A stretch of 64,000 nt of DNA from assembly GCA_004297215.1 (NCBI GenBank), contig SCUM01000001.1, positions 219,642-283,641 of the forward strand, in the 5' to 3' direction. Each line of letters starts with the position of its first letter. Position 1 is the first letter of the stretch. Below are positions 25,320 to 34,623 of this stretch, one piece after another. The position numbers were made by a program, and so were the translations under genes. Under the pieces are notes generated by a model. The model was not told where the DNA came from. It searched no databases and saw nothing but the letters and a program-made list of their open reading frames with translations. This DNA is from Patescibacteria group bacterium. Its GTDB lineage: Bacteria; Patescibacteriota; Patescibacteriia; UBA9934; GWF2-40-263.

Positions 25320-26687
25320 TCAGACCTCGACCGTCTCCCCGAAGCTCGGGGCGTGGACCTCGGTCTTCAGCTCGTGGCGCAGATGCGTCTCGAACACGTC
25401 CTGCGCCTCGGGGTCGCCGTGCACGAGGAAGATCTTCTTGGGCACCCCGCCCTCCTCGGGCATGAGCCAGCGCGTGAGCTTGTTCATGTCGCCGTGCGCG
25501 GAAAACGAACCGATGGCGGACACTTTGCAGCGCACCGTCACCTCCTCACGGAACACCTTCACGCGCTTGGCCCCCTCGTAGATCTTGCGGCCGAGCGTGC
25601 CGGCCGCCTGGTAGCCGATGATGAGCAGCGTCGATTTCGGGTCAGGCAGGTGGCGGATGAGGTGGTGCAGGATGCGCCCGCCGCTCATCATGCCGCTCCC
25701 GGCGATGAGCACGTACGGCGGCTTCACGTCGAAGATCGCTTTCGACTCGGGAACCGTGAGCGTCTCGCGCAAATTGGGGAAGCTGAAGAAGTCCCGATCC
25801 GGCTCGGACAGGATGGAGCGGTCGAACAGGAGGTACTCCTTGAACTGCCGGTAGATCTCGGTGGCGCGGATGGCCATCGGCGAATCGAGGAACATCGGGA
25901 TGTCCGTCCGAAGGTCCTTGAGCAGGTTATTGATGGCATACAGGAGCTCCTGCGTGCGCTCGATGGAGAAGCTCGGGATCATGAGCACCCCGCGGTCGCG
26001 GATGACCTGCTCGATGGCCGCGCGCAGCTTCTCCCCGCGCTCCTTCATGGGCTCATGCACGCGGTGGCCGTAGGTGGATTCGCACACCACGGCGTCGGCG
26101 CGCGAGAGGCGCTCGGTGGGCGGAAGGATCGGGACGTTGTCGTTCCCGATGTCGCCCGAAAAGACGACGCGCTTCCCTTCGGCCTCGATCGAGACGAACG
26201 AGCTGCCGAGGACGTGGCCGGCGTCGTGGAACATCACGGTGATGCCCGGGGCGATCTCGACCTGCTCGTGGTAGCCCACCCCCTCGCAGCGGGAAATGAG
26301 CGCATCCAGGTCTTCGGGCGCATACAAGACCGGATCGCCGCAGCGCTTGGCGTTCTCCTCCATGATGTGCGCCGCGTCCAGGAGTACGATGCGGGTGAGC
26401 GCGCAGCACGGGCGCGTCATGATCACGCGGCCGGCGAACCCTTCCTTGAGGAGCTTGGGCAGGCGCCCGGTGTGGTCGGCGTGCGGATGCGTGACGAACA
26501 CGGCCTCCACGGACTCCGGGTCGAACCCGAACGGCAGCATGTTCTTGCTCCCGCACAGGCGCTCCTCGCCCTGGAACATCCCGCAGTCCACGAGGAACCG
26601 GTGCGCCTGTCCGGCGCTGTCCGCCGCTTCGACGAGGTAGCAAGAGCCCGTGACCTCGCGCGCGGCGCCGTAAAAGGAGATCTTCAC
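25320..26687 (-). CDS. MBL-fold beta-CASP RNA-metabolising hydrolase (RNase J / CPSF-like)
   Basis: HxHxDH (VTHPHADH) and a beta-CASP C-terminal region. 455 aa. Confidence 0.8.
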   Translation of the reverse strand: MKISFYGAAREVTGSCYLVEAADSAGQAHRFLVDCGMFQGEERLCGSKNMLPFGFDPESVEAVFVTHPHADHTGRLPKLLKEGFAGRVIMTRPCCALTRIVLLDAAHIMEENAKRCGDPVLYAPEDLDALISRCEGVGYHEQVEIAPGITVMFHDAGHVLGSSFVSIEAEGKRVVFSGDIGNDNVPILPPTERLSRADAVVCESTYGHRVHEPMKERGEKLRAAIEQVIRDRGVLMIPSFSIERTQELLYAINNLLKDLRTDIPMFLDSPMAIRATEIYRQFKEYLLFDRSILSEPDRDFFSFPNLRETLTVPESKAIFDVKPPYVLIAGSGMMSGGRILHHLIRHLPDPKSTLLIIGYQAAGTLGRKIYEGAKRVKVFREEVTVRCKVSAIGSFSAHGDMNKLTRWLMPEEGGVPKKIFLVHGDPEAQDVFETHLRHELKTEVHAPSFGETVEV

Positions 26688-26929
26688 AGCTGCGGCTGCT
26701 CCGTGTCCAAGCCGATCGCGGCCTGATACTCCGCGAACCGTCCGCGAAGCGCTTCGGCCATGCCCACGGTCGACGAGTCGTCATGCATTTCGCCGAATCC
26801 GCGATGCCGTTCGATCACTTCGTCCACGAGGTCGACGTATTGCTCCTTCGTGTTGATGCCCTCGGCGCGGCCGAGCTCGACGATCTCCAGGAAGATTTCG
26901 GACGGGTCGACGTTGAGGAATTCGATCAT
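26684..26929 (-). CDS. small hypothetical protein (81 aa), 4-nt overlap with downstream MBL gene
   Basis: ORF; operon position only. Confidence 0.4.
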   Translation of the reverse strand: MIEFLNVDPSEIFLEIVELGRAEGINTKEQYVDLVDEVIERHRGFGEMHDDSSTVGMAEALRGRFAEYQAAIGLDTEQPQL

Positions 26930-26935
26930 ATGAGG

Positions 26936-27012
26936 ATAGGCGTTAAGGCTTCAGGCGTGAAGGCGTTAAGGGATTTCCTGAGGCCTTATCGCCTGAGGCC
27001 TTCATGCCTGAG
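26936..27012. repeat. full-length REP-like element (inverted arrays of ~15-bp units around GGATTTCC centre)
   Basis: GCGTTAAGGCTTCAGGCGTGAAGGCGTTAAGGGATTTCCTGAGGCCTTATCGCCTGAGGCCTTCATGCC. It encodes the last 7 aa and stop of the VKOR gene. Confidence 0.8.
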
Positions 27013-27432
27013 AAGAATGACGCAAAGGATGAGGATCGTCAGAATGGAGACTTGCGACGTCACGCACAGCAGGCACCAGCTCTTGAGCACGAACGCCTCG
27101 ATGCCCGAAAGGTAAAGCGCGAAGGCCGTCCCGCCGGCGGCGGCGGCGAGCAGGATGCGCGTGAGGTTCTTGTCCTGCATGTCGCGGCGCTTGAGCGCCG
27201 CGGCGGCGAGCAGGAACAGGTATCCGAGTACGCCGATGCCTGCCACGGGGATGCCGAACAGCACCGAATACGGCCCCTTGTTGACCACGTCGCAATTGAA
27301 CGTGTCGCCGATGGTGCAGAACGACCCCGACGAGAACCCGCGATTATGAAGGAAGGCGTAGGTCGATATCGAAAGGCCGATGGCGGAGAGGAGCATCACG
27401 AGGTGCAGGACGTGCTTGTCTTTCCCTTCCAT
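26986..27432 (-). CDS. vitamin K epoxide reductase (VKOR) family membrane protein
   Basis: Loop Cys pair (CTIGDTFNCD) and a CLLC active site in the TM helix. Confidence 0.75.
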   Translation of the reverse strand: MEGKDKHVLHLVMLLSAIGLSISTYAFLHNRGFSSGSFCTIGDTFNCDVVNKGPYSVLFGIPVAGIGVLGYLFLLAAAALKRRDMQDKNLTRILLAAAAGGTAFALYLSGIEAFVLKSWCLLCVTSQVSILTILILCVILLRHEGLRR

Positions 27433-27439
27433 ATCCTGC

Positions 27440-27835
27440 CTATCGGGCCGTCTCCGCCGGAAGTTCGCACCCGACCTTGGCGCCCAGCGCTTCGAACGAC
27501 TGCTCGCCGGAAAGGCGCGTGCCGTCGGGGAACGTCCAGGTGGGATATCCTTCGACCCCGTCGTCCTTGCACTTTTGCGACATGGCCTTGGTGCCGCCCG
27601 GGGAACATTCGACGTAGTCCACCTTGGAGAAGGCGTTACCGAACAGCGCCTTCTGCTTGGTGCAGTGCGGACACCACCAGGCGCCGTACATCTTCGCCCC
27701 TTTCTCGGTGAGGCACTGCGCGAAGGCGGTCGCGGGAGACGGGACCTGCCCGTTCTTCACCACGAAGCCGATGAGACCGATGGCGACCACGGCCGCGACG
27801 AGCATGAGGATCTGGGAGGACGTGACCTTCGCCAT
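27440..27835 (-). CDS. membrane-anchored thioredoxin-like thiol-disulfide oxidoreductase (VKOR partner, DsbA-like role)
   Basis: N-terminal TM and the WCPHC motif. Confidence 0.75.
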   Translation of the reverse strand: MAKVTSSQILMLVAAVVAIGLIGFVVKNGQVPSPATAFAQCLTEKGAKMYGAWWCPHCTKQKALFGNAFSKVDYVECSPGGTKAMSQKCKDDGVEGYPTWTFPDGTRLSGEQSFEALGAKVGCELPAETAR

Positions 27836-27910
27836 ACGGGGATTGACCCGGCAGCTGCCAGGGTTGAGGAATCAGGGAGTTTCGGCTAGTATACGCGGAT
27901 TCCGAAACGT

Positions 27911-28921
27911 ATGGCAACGCTCGACTGGAACAGCCTGCCCCGCCCGATCGTGGCGCTCTCGCCCATGGCCGACATGACCGACTCGGCGTTTTGCCGCATC
28001 GTGAAGTCCATGGCGTCGCCCGTCGTGTTCCGCGAGATGGTCTCCTCCGAGGCGGTCGTGCGCGGCAACGACAAGACGCTCGGAATGACCGGCATCCATC
28101 CGGCCGAGCGCCCGCTCGTACAGCAGCTGTTCGGCTCGGACCCGGCCGTGATGGCCGAGGCGGCGCGCGTCATCTACGAGTCTCACGGGCCCGAGGCGTT
28201 CGACGTCAACATGGGCTGCCCGGTGTACAAGATCGTGCACAATTTCAACGGCGCGGCGCTCATGAAGGAGCCGGCGCGCGCCGCCGCGATCGTGAAGGCG
28301 ATCCGCGAGGCCGTGCCCGTCCCTGTTTCCGTGAAGATCCGCACCGGCTGGAGCGACCCCGCGGACTGCCTCGCCTTCGCGCCTGTGCTCGAACAGGCCG
28401 GCGCGGCGCTCATCACCATCCACGGCCGCACCAAGGCGCAGGGCTACGCCGGCGTTTCCGACTGGGCGCGCATCGCCGAGGTGAAGAGGCTGGTCTCGAT
28501 CCCCGTGCTCGCCAACGGCGATGCGCACACCGCGCCGAGGGTCGTTGAGATGCTCGAGGCCACCGGAGCCGACGGCGCCATGGTGGCGCGCGGCGCGCTC
28601 GGCAACCCGTGGATCTTCGCGCAGGCGGACGACCTGCTCGCCGGACGTCCTCCGAGAGAGGTCACGACGGAGGAGCGGATTCGCGTCGTGAAGGCTCACG
28701 CCAGGCTTCACGTCGAACAGTACGGGGACCCTTCGACTTCACTCAGGGTCGGGCTGAGCCAGTCGAAGCCCGAACGAGGAGTCCACACCTTCCGCAAACA
28801 CCTCTCGTGGTACTTCAAGGGCCAACGCGGGGCGAAGCTTTTCCGCGAAAAGCTCATGCGGGTTTCCACGCTTGCAGAGCTTGATGCGGCGCTGGATGCC
28901 GTTTCCGCATCGGCGCCCTGA
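27911..28921 (+). CDS. dusB: tRNA-dihydrouridine synthase
   Basis: TIM-barrel Dus motifs (LSPMADMTD, NMGCP, KIR.G). Confidence 0.85.
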   Translation: MATLDWNSLPRPIVALSPMADMTDSAFCRIVKSMASPVVFREMVSSEAVVRGNDKTLGMTGIHPAERPLVQQLFGSDPAVMAEAARVIYESHGPEAFDVNMGCPVYKIVHNFNGAALMKEPARAAAIVKAIREAVPVPVSVKIRTGWSDPADCLAFAPVLEQAGAALITIHGRTKAQGYAGVSDWARIAEVKRLVSIPVLANGDAHTAPRVVEMLEATGADGAMVARGALGNPWIFAQADDLLAGRPPREVTTEERIRVVKAHARLHVEQYGDPSTSLRVGLSQSKPERGVHTFRKHLSWYFKGQRGAKLFREKLMRVSTLAELDAALDAVSASAP

Positions 28922-29142
28922 AAAGCAAAATGCCCGGCCCCCACGACCAGGCATCCTGCGAAGAGCGCCGGAACGGATCAGCCGATGCGGGCGGCGGAGA
29001 GCCGTCCTCATCACGCGTCCATTTCAGCGCTGCCATTGTACCGAAGGGCCTGAAAACGGGCAAGAAGGGATATCCACGGCGCGGATTGACAGGGCCGCAT
29101 GCCTTGTCAGGACGACGATCCCTTGGTACTCTTTCGCCGTTC

Positions 29143-29216
29143 TCCGGGATCGTCTAATGGCAGGACAACAGACTCTGAATCTGTTTATCTTGGTTCGAAT
29201 CCAAGTCCCGGAACCA
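29143..29216 (+). tRNA. tRNA-Gln (anticodon CUG)
   Basis: Hand-folded cloverleaf. 7-bp acceptor with U1:A72, a perfect anticodon stem ACAGA/TCTGT, loop CTCTGAA, a GGTTCGAATCC T-arm, and encoded CCA. Confidence 0.8.
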
Positions 29217-29218
29217 AT

Positions 29219-29253
29219 ATTCCTCCATACGCGATGATGGAGGAATTTTTTTC
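29219..29253 (+). terminator. intrinsic terminator (ATTCCTCCAT-loop-ATGGAGGAAT + T8)
   Basis: 10-bp perfect stem followed by TTTTTTTT, directly after the tRNA. Confidence 0.8.
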
Positions 29254-29311
29254 TCGGGACGGGTTCGAGTCGCCTGTAGATAAGTGCCCGAACCCCAATG
29301 AACCGGGGACG

Positions 29312-29339
29312 TTGACCGTGCTTTTCATTCGTCTATAAT
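29312..29339 (+). promoter_or_regulatory. sigma70-like promoter TTGACC-16nt-TATAAT for nrdDG
   Basis: Consensus hexamers seen. Followed by a ~160-nt leader. Confidence 0.5.
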
Positions 29340-29499
29340 CAGGAAGCGATGTGTGTCACTTGTGCTCCCCGAATTCGGATGTCTTTTCTGCTCTACGCTC
29401 CTGTCGAAGGACGTGGTGGGAGAGGCGGGAATCGAGGCCGCATGCAAGGGACGCGTAGCTCGTGAAGCTCGCGGTTCAGCGGGCGTATTCCCCCACCGT

Positions 29500-31296
29500 A
29501 TGCCATCTCCATCCACCATCGACGTGACCGGCACGGTCGAAGAGTACCTCGGACGCGAGGACTGGCGCGTGAACGCGAACGCCAACCAGGGCTACTCCCT
29601 GGGCGGCATGATCCTGAACATGGCCGGAAAGGTGACGGCGAAGTACTGGCTGCACAACGTCTATCCGGAGGCGATCCGGGACGCCCACATCGACGGGGAC
29701 TTCCATATCCATGACCTTGACATGTTTTCCGGCTACTGCGCCGGATGGAGCCTTCGCCAACTCCTCGAGGAAGGGTTCAACGGGGTGGCGAACAAGGTGG
29801 AATCCGCCCCGCCCAAGCATTTCGACACCGCCCTCGGGCAGATGGTGAACTTTCTCGGCACCTTGCAGAACGAATGGGCCGGCGCCCAGGCGTTCTCCTC
29901 GTTCGATACCTACCTCGCCCCCTACGTCAAGGCCGACGGCCTCACCTACGACCAGGTGCGGCAAGGGGTCCAGACCTTCGTGTTCAACCTCAACGTCCCG
30001 TCGCGCTGGGGGATGCAGACCCCGTTCACGAACATCACCCTGGACTGGACCTGCCCGGAAGACATGCGCGAGAAGCAGCCCATGATCGGGGGAGTCGTGC
30101 AGCCCTTCACGTATGCCGATTGCCAGCCGGAGATGGACATCATCAACCGCGCGTACATCGACGTGATGAGCGCCGGTGACAATAAGGGGCGCATCTTCAC
30201 CTTCCCCATCCCCACCTACAACGTCACGAAGGATTTCGACTGGGACCATCCCAACGCCCAAGGGCTGTTCGAGATGACGGCCAAGTACGGCATCCCCTAT
30301 TTCCAAAACTTCCTCAACTCCTCCCTCAACCCGAGCGACGTGCGCAGCATGTGCTGCCGCCTCCAGCTGGACCTGCGGGCGCTCAAGGCGCGCGGGGGCG
30401 GCCTGTTCGGCTCGGCGGAAATGACCGGGAGCGTGGGCGTGGTCACGATCAACCTGCCGCGCATCGGCTACCTCTCGCGCACGAAAGAGGAGTTCTTCAC
30501 GCGCCTGGGGACGCTCATGGACCTCGCGCAGACCTCGCTCGAGCTCAAGCGCAAGGTGGTGCAGGAAAACATGGATCGCGGCCTGCTCCCGTACACCAAG
30601 CGCTACCTGTACTCGCTGCGCAACCATTTCTCCACCATCGGGCTCAACGGGATGAACGAGGCGTGCCTCAACTTCCGCGGATGCGACATCGCCTCGCAAG
30701 ACGGCAAGGCGTTCGCGGAGGAGGTGCTGGTCTTCATGCGCGACCGGCTCGTGGAATACCAGGAGCATACCGGCCACCTGTACAACCTCGAGGCCACGCC
30801 GGCCGAAGGGACGACCTATCGGTTCGCGCGCAAGGACCGCAAGCGGTTCCCGGACATCGTCCAGGCCGGCACGCCGGACGCCCCGTACTACACCAACTCC
30901 TCCCACCTCCCCGTCGGGTACTCGGACAACCCGTTCGACGCGCTCCGGCACCAGGACGACCTGCAGACGAAATACACCGGCGGCACCGTGCTCCATCTCT
31001 TCCTCGGGGAGCGGGTGGAGGACTGGAAGGCGTGCCGCGCGTTCGTCCGCAAGGCCCTGGAAAACTTCCGCCTCCCCTACATCACCGTCACGCCGACGTT
31101 CAGCATCTGCCCGACGCACGGATACCTGCGCGGCGAGCTCCCGACCTGCCCGACCTGCGCGGCGGAATGCGAGGTGTGGTCGCGGATCGTGGGGTATTTC
31201 CGGCCGGTCAGCCAGTGGAACAAGGGAAAGAAGTCGGAGTTCGCCGAACGGGTCGAGTACCGCACGGAAGCTTCCCTTGAACCGGTGTGCGCCTAG
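29500..31296 (+). CDS. nrdD: anaerobic ribonucleoside-triphosphate reductase (class III)
   Basis: C-terminal CPTCAAEC zinc ribbon and the glycyl-radical motif SRIVGYFRP. Confidence 0.88.
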   Translation: MPSPSTIDVTGTVEEYLGREDWRVNANANQGYSLGGMILNMAGKVTAKYWLHNVYPEAIRDAHIDGDFHIHDLDMFSGYCAGWSLRQLLEEGFNGVANKVESAPPKHFDTALGQMVNFLGTLQNEWAGAQAFSSFDTYLAPYVKADGLTYDQVRQGVQTFVFNLNVPSRWGMQTPFTNITLDWTCPEDMREKQPMIGGVVQPFTYADCQPEMDIINRAYIDVMSAGDNKGRIFTFPIPTYNVTKDFDWDHPNAQGLFEMTAKYGIPYFQNFLNSSLNPSDVRSMCCRLQLDLRALKARGGGLFGSAEMTGSVGVVTINLPRIGYLSRTKEEFFTRLGTLMDLAQTSLELKRKVVQENMDRGLLPYTKRYLYSLRNHFSTIGLNGMNEACLNFRGCDIASQDGKAFAEEVLVFMRDRLVEYQEHTGHLYNLEATPAEGTTYRFARKDRKRFPDIVQAGTPDAPYYTNSSHLPVGYSDNPFDALRHQDDLQTKYTGGTVLHLFLGERVEDWKACRAFVRKALENFRLPYITVTPTFSICPTHGYLRGELPTCPTCAAECEVWSRIVGYFRPVSQWNKGKKSEFAERVEYRTEASLEPVCA

Positions 31297-31982
31297 GGGG
31301 ATTCATCCCCGTAAGCCTGCTGGATTATCCGGGCAAGGTGGCCGCGGTCGTGTTCACGCAAGGGTGCCCGTTCCGCTGCGTCTATTGCCACAATCCCGAA
31401 CTGATCCCGTCCGACCGGCCCGGAGCGATCGACGAGGAAGAGGTCATCTCGCGGCTCGCCGTCGACCGCGCCCTGCTCGACGGGGTGTGCGTCACCGGCG
31501 GCGAACCGACGTCCCAGCCGGACCTCCCCGCGTTCCTCGCCCGCATCAAGGCGCTCGGCCTCGCGGTAAAGCTCGACACCAACGGGATGCACCCGCGCAT
31601 GGTGGCGTCCTGCCTTGAGGCCGGCCTCGTGGATTGCCTCGCCATGGACCTCAAGCACCGGTGGGAGCGGTATGCGGACGTGATCGGCGAGCAGGCCGCG
31701 GCGGCCGTCTCGCGATGCCGCGAGACGTTCGCCCTCATCCAGCGCTCCGGCATCGACCATGAGTTCCGCACGACGACGTATCCCCGACTCCATACGGCCG
31801 AGGACCTGCACGAGATCGCCTCCCACCTGAGGCCGGGGGAGCGGTATTTCATACAGCCGATCCGTTACGGCAAGACGTTCGTGCCGGATCTTGAGCGGGT
31901 GCCCATGGACTACGCCGAAACGGTGGCATCCCTTCAGCGGGCCTATCCTCTCCTGGAGATCGCCGTGCGCGGCCAGGCCTGA
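31287..31982 (+). CDS. nrdG: anaerobic RNR activating protein (radical SAM)
   Basis: CPFRCVYCHN CxxxCxxC motif. GTG start overlapping the nrdD stop. Confidence 0.85.
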   Translation: MRLGGFIPVSLLDYPGKVAAVVFTQGCPFRCVYCHNPELIPSDRPGAIDEEEVISRLAVDRALLDGVCVTGGEPTSQPDLPAFLARIKALGLAVKLDTNGMHPRMVASCLEAGLVDCLAMDLKHRWERYADVIGEQAAAAVSRCRETFALIQRSGIDHEFRTTTYPRLHTAEDLHEIASHLRPGERYFIQPIRYGKTFVPDLERVPMDYAETVASLQRAYPLLEIAVRGQA

Positions 31983-32083
31983 ACCGCTCGCTTAGAGCCC
32001 GGTCTCGCGATTTATCCACCGTTGACAACCATGCCGGATTCAGGCATCATTTCGGTTCCATCGAACATTTTCGCGGAGGCTAG

Positions 32084-32284
32084 ATGGACATGAAGTGCCC
32101 TACGTGCGCCCGTCCCCTTCCTGACCTTCCCTCTTCCTCCCCTCCAGGCGTGTGCGCCCAGTGCCAGGAGGGGTTCAAGGCTCTCGACCGCGCGCTCCAG
32201 AAAGACCGCGCGAGGCTCCGACGCCGCAAGCCGCTCGCCGACGTCCTTTCCCGCCATCTGCGCCAGGGCAAACGACCGCCCTGA
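32084..32284 (+). CDS. small zinc-ribbon protein (66 aa)
   Basis: CPTC...CAQC. A GGAGG SD 5 nt upstream. Followed by two hairpins. Confidence 0.4.
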   Translation: MDMKCPTCARPLPDLPSSSPPGVCAQCQEGFKALDRALQKDRARLRRRKPLADVLSRHLRQGKRPP

Positions 32285-32292
32285 GTTCCTTC

Positions 32293-32365
32293 GCCTGCCT
32301 GCCGGTAGGCAGGTCGCAGAGACTCCTCATGATGACCCTCCCCTCTGCGGGAAGGGTCTTTTTTC
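32293..32365 (+). terminator. tandem hairpins (CCTGCCT-GCCGGT-AGGCAGG; GACCCTCC-loop-GGAAGGGTC + T6)
   Basis: Seen directly. Confidence 0.5.
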
Positions 32366-33986
32366 ATGCCGCGCTGCCGCCGAACTCCTCGAGAAGGAGG
32401 TCCACGGCCTCGTCCGGATCCGTCGCTCGCGCATACGTGCCGTGCAGGTGCAGGCGCGCGCCGTACACGCGCTCGAGCACGGGATCGAGGATGAGGCGGT
32501 TGCGGACGGTATTGAGCGTGTCGGCGTGGAGCGAATAGGCGAAGCTGATCTCGATGCGGTCGCCATCCACCCTGGAGATCTCTCCGGTCCGCAGCACGAC
32601 GGGCAGCGACGCGTTTGCGGCCTTCACCAGCTGGAACACGTCCGGCCATTTGGCCTTGACCTGGTCGATGGAGAGGACGGGGACGGTGCCGAGAGCAGTG
32701 GGGGGAGAAGGCGGTAAGGCATCAGGCGTTGAAGGCCTCAGGACGGGCGAATCGGAGACCGAAATAGTCTGAACTTCTACGTTCCCTTCGGCCTTGTCGC
32801 CTACGGCCTTCACGCCTCCCTCTAGCCTCACCGAACCAACCCTCGTCCTCCTAAAATCCGCGCTTCCCTGCGGGCCTTGTCCGCCTGAGGCCTTGTCCGC
32901 CTCGCCGACGCACGACTCCACGATCGCGATCTCTAACGGGAGCGATGGAATGGATTCGCCTTTGGACTGACGCCGCGCCTTTTCAAAACGATCGATGAGC
33001 ACGGCGATCGCACGCGGATTCGTCTGCCCAAGCAATGCGGTAAGTCGTCCTGCGCTGTCATGGTCGAGGCGCGAGGGGAGCGCTTGCGCGTCGCCAAGGC
33101 TCGCGTGGAGCAGGGCGCGCAAGGCGTCCACCACGTCGGCGGCGAAATGCGGGAGATCGACCCCCTGCTCCGCCACCTTCCCGACGAGGGCCACGGCCGA
33201 GGCCGCGTCGCGCTTCACCACGTGTTCGACGAGTTCGGCGGCCGCCAGCGCGTTGGTCGCGGGCAAGACGAGCGAGGCCTCTTCCATCCCCACCTTCTTG
33301 CCGCCGATGGCGAACAGCTGGCCAAGAAGCGACTCGGCATCGCGCAATCCTCCTTCGGCATGACGCGCCACGGCCGCGAGCACGGCTTCCTCGACCTCCA
33401 CCCCTTCCTTCTTGGCGATGCCACGGAGCGTCTCGACGAGTTCCGCGACGGGGATGCGTCGGAAATCGAACCGTTCGCAGCGGCTGATCACCGTCGCGGG
33501 GACCTTGTGGATCTCGGTGGTGGCCAGGATGAACACGGCGTGCGCGGGCGGCTCCTCGAGCGTCTTTAAGAGCGCGTTGAACGAACCGGCGGAGAGCATG
33601 TGCACCTCGTCGATCACGTACACGCGGCGCTTGAGGCGGTTGGGCGCGAAACGCACGGCCTCGATCACCGTCTCGCGGATGTTGTCGACGCCCGTGTGCG
33701 TGGCCGCGTCGATCTCGAGCACGTCCATGGCCGAACCGGCGGCGACGGACTGGCAGGACTCGCACGCGTTACACGGCTCGCCCCCCTTCGACGCGAGACA
33801 ATTCACGGCCTTGGCCAGGATGCGGGCGATGGTGGTCTTCCCCACCCCGCGCGGACCCGTGAACAGATACGCATGCGCGACCTTGCCCGAAACAACCTCG
33901 TTTCTGAGCGTGGTCTTCACGTGGTCCTGGCCGACCACTTCGTCGAAGCAGGTCGGACGGTAGGTTCGATACAAGGCTTCGGACAT
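32364..33986 (-). CDS. dnaX: DNA polymerase III subunit gamma/tau
   Basis: GPRGVGKTT Walker A, a Cys4 Zn module and sensor motifs. Carries 3 in-frame REP-derived segments in the linker. Confidence 0.9.
   Translation of the reverse strand: MSEALYRTYRPTCFDEVVGQDHVKTTLRNEVVSGKVAHAYLFTGPRGVGKTTIARILAKAVNCLASKGGEPCNACESCQSVAAGSAMDVLEIDAATHTGVDNIRETVIEAVRFAPNRLKRRVYVIDEVHMLSAGSFNALLKTLEEPPAHAVFILATTEIHKVPATVISRCERFDFRRIPVAELVETLRGIAKKEGVEVEEAVLAAVARHAEGGLRDAESLLGQLFAIGGKKVGMEEASLVLPATNALAAAELVEHVVKRDAASAVALVGKVAEQGVDLPHFAADVVDALRALLHASLGDAQALPSRLDHDSAGRLTALLGQTNPRAIAVLIDRFEKARRQSKGESIPSLPLEIAIVESCVGEADKASGGQGPQGSADFRRTRVGSVRLEGGVKAVGDKAEGNVEVQTISVSDSPVLRPSTPDALPPSPPTALGTVPVLSIDQVKAKWPDVFQLVKAANASLPVVLRTGEISRVDGDRIEISFAYSLHADTLNTVRNRLILDPVLERVYGARLHLHGTYARATDPDEAVDLLLEEFGGSAA
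32708..32902. repeat. cluster of three REP-like arm copies inside dnaX CDS (32708-32742, 32789-32816, 32868-32902), all in-frame
   Basis: AGGCGTTGAAGGCCTCAGG; GGCCTTGTCGCCTACGGCCTTCACGCC; GGGCCTTGTCCGCCTGAGGCCTTGTCCGCC. Confidence 0.75.
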
Positions 33987-33987
33987 G

Positions 33988-34605
33988 TCAGCTCTTCATC
34001 ACGTTCTCCATCGCCGCCCACACGGATTTCGCCCCTTTCGGGACCAGCACCGCCGCCTCGTCGCCGGGCTCGGCGCGATAGAAGGTGATGCTCGCGGTAA
34101 GTACCTTGTACACCGCCCCGGGCGTGCTCACAAGGTAGGAATCCGTGCTGGGGTCGAACGCCACTTTTCCCGTGACGCGCCGGCGCTCGACCGGGCTGAT
34201 CTGCTTGAAAAGGTGCGCGCCGTCCGCGCGGATGCACAGCTTCAGCACGTCCCCTTCCACCAGGCGGGATTTGGACGCGTAATTGGGCGGCACCCGATAG
34301 CTGCGGCCGTCGTTGCCCACCATGGCGCACCCGTCGAACACCCCTTCCACGACCTGTCCGCCGCCTTGGAGCGCCTCTGCGGCCTGCCGCTTCCCCGCGA
34401 CAAGCGAGGCGATGTGCCGGTGCGCCAGTGCCCCGTCGCCGCCCTCAAGCAGGGCGAGCGCGTTGCCGATCGCCTCGTGCGCCTGATGGAGGATCCGCGC
34501 CGCCAGTTCCGTCCGGCCTTGCGCACAGAGCGCCGGCGCCGACGGATCGCCCGCCTCGTCGGGTTCGGGCTCGAAAGACGTGAAATCAGGCTGGTCGGTT
34601 GGCAT
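33988..34605 (-). CDS. hypothetical protein (205 aa) between dnaX and the TM ATPase
   Basis: ORF tightly packed in the operon (2-nt and 18-nt gaps). Confidence 0.55.
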   Translation of the reverse strand: MPTDQPDFTSFEPEPDEAGDPSAPALCAQGRTELAARILHQAHEAIGNALALLEGGDGALAHRHIASLVAGKRQAAEALQGGGQVVEGVFDGCAMVGNDGRSYRVPPNYASKSRLVEGDVLKLCIRADGAHLFKQISPVERRRVTGKVAFDPSTDSYLVSTPGAVYKVLTASITFYRAEPGDEAAVLVPKGAKSVWAAMENVMKS

Positions 34606-34623
34606 ATTGGTGTTTGTCTGGAT

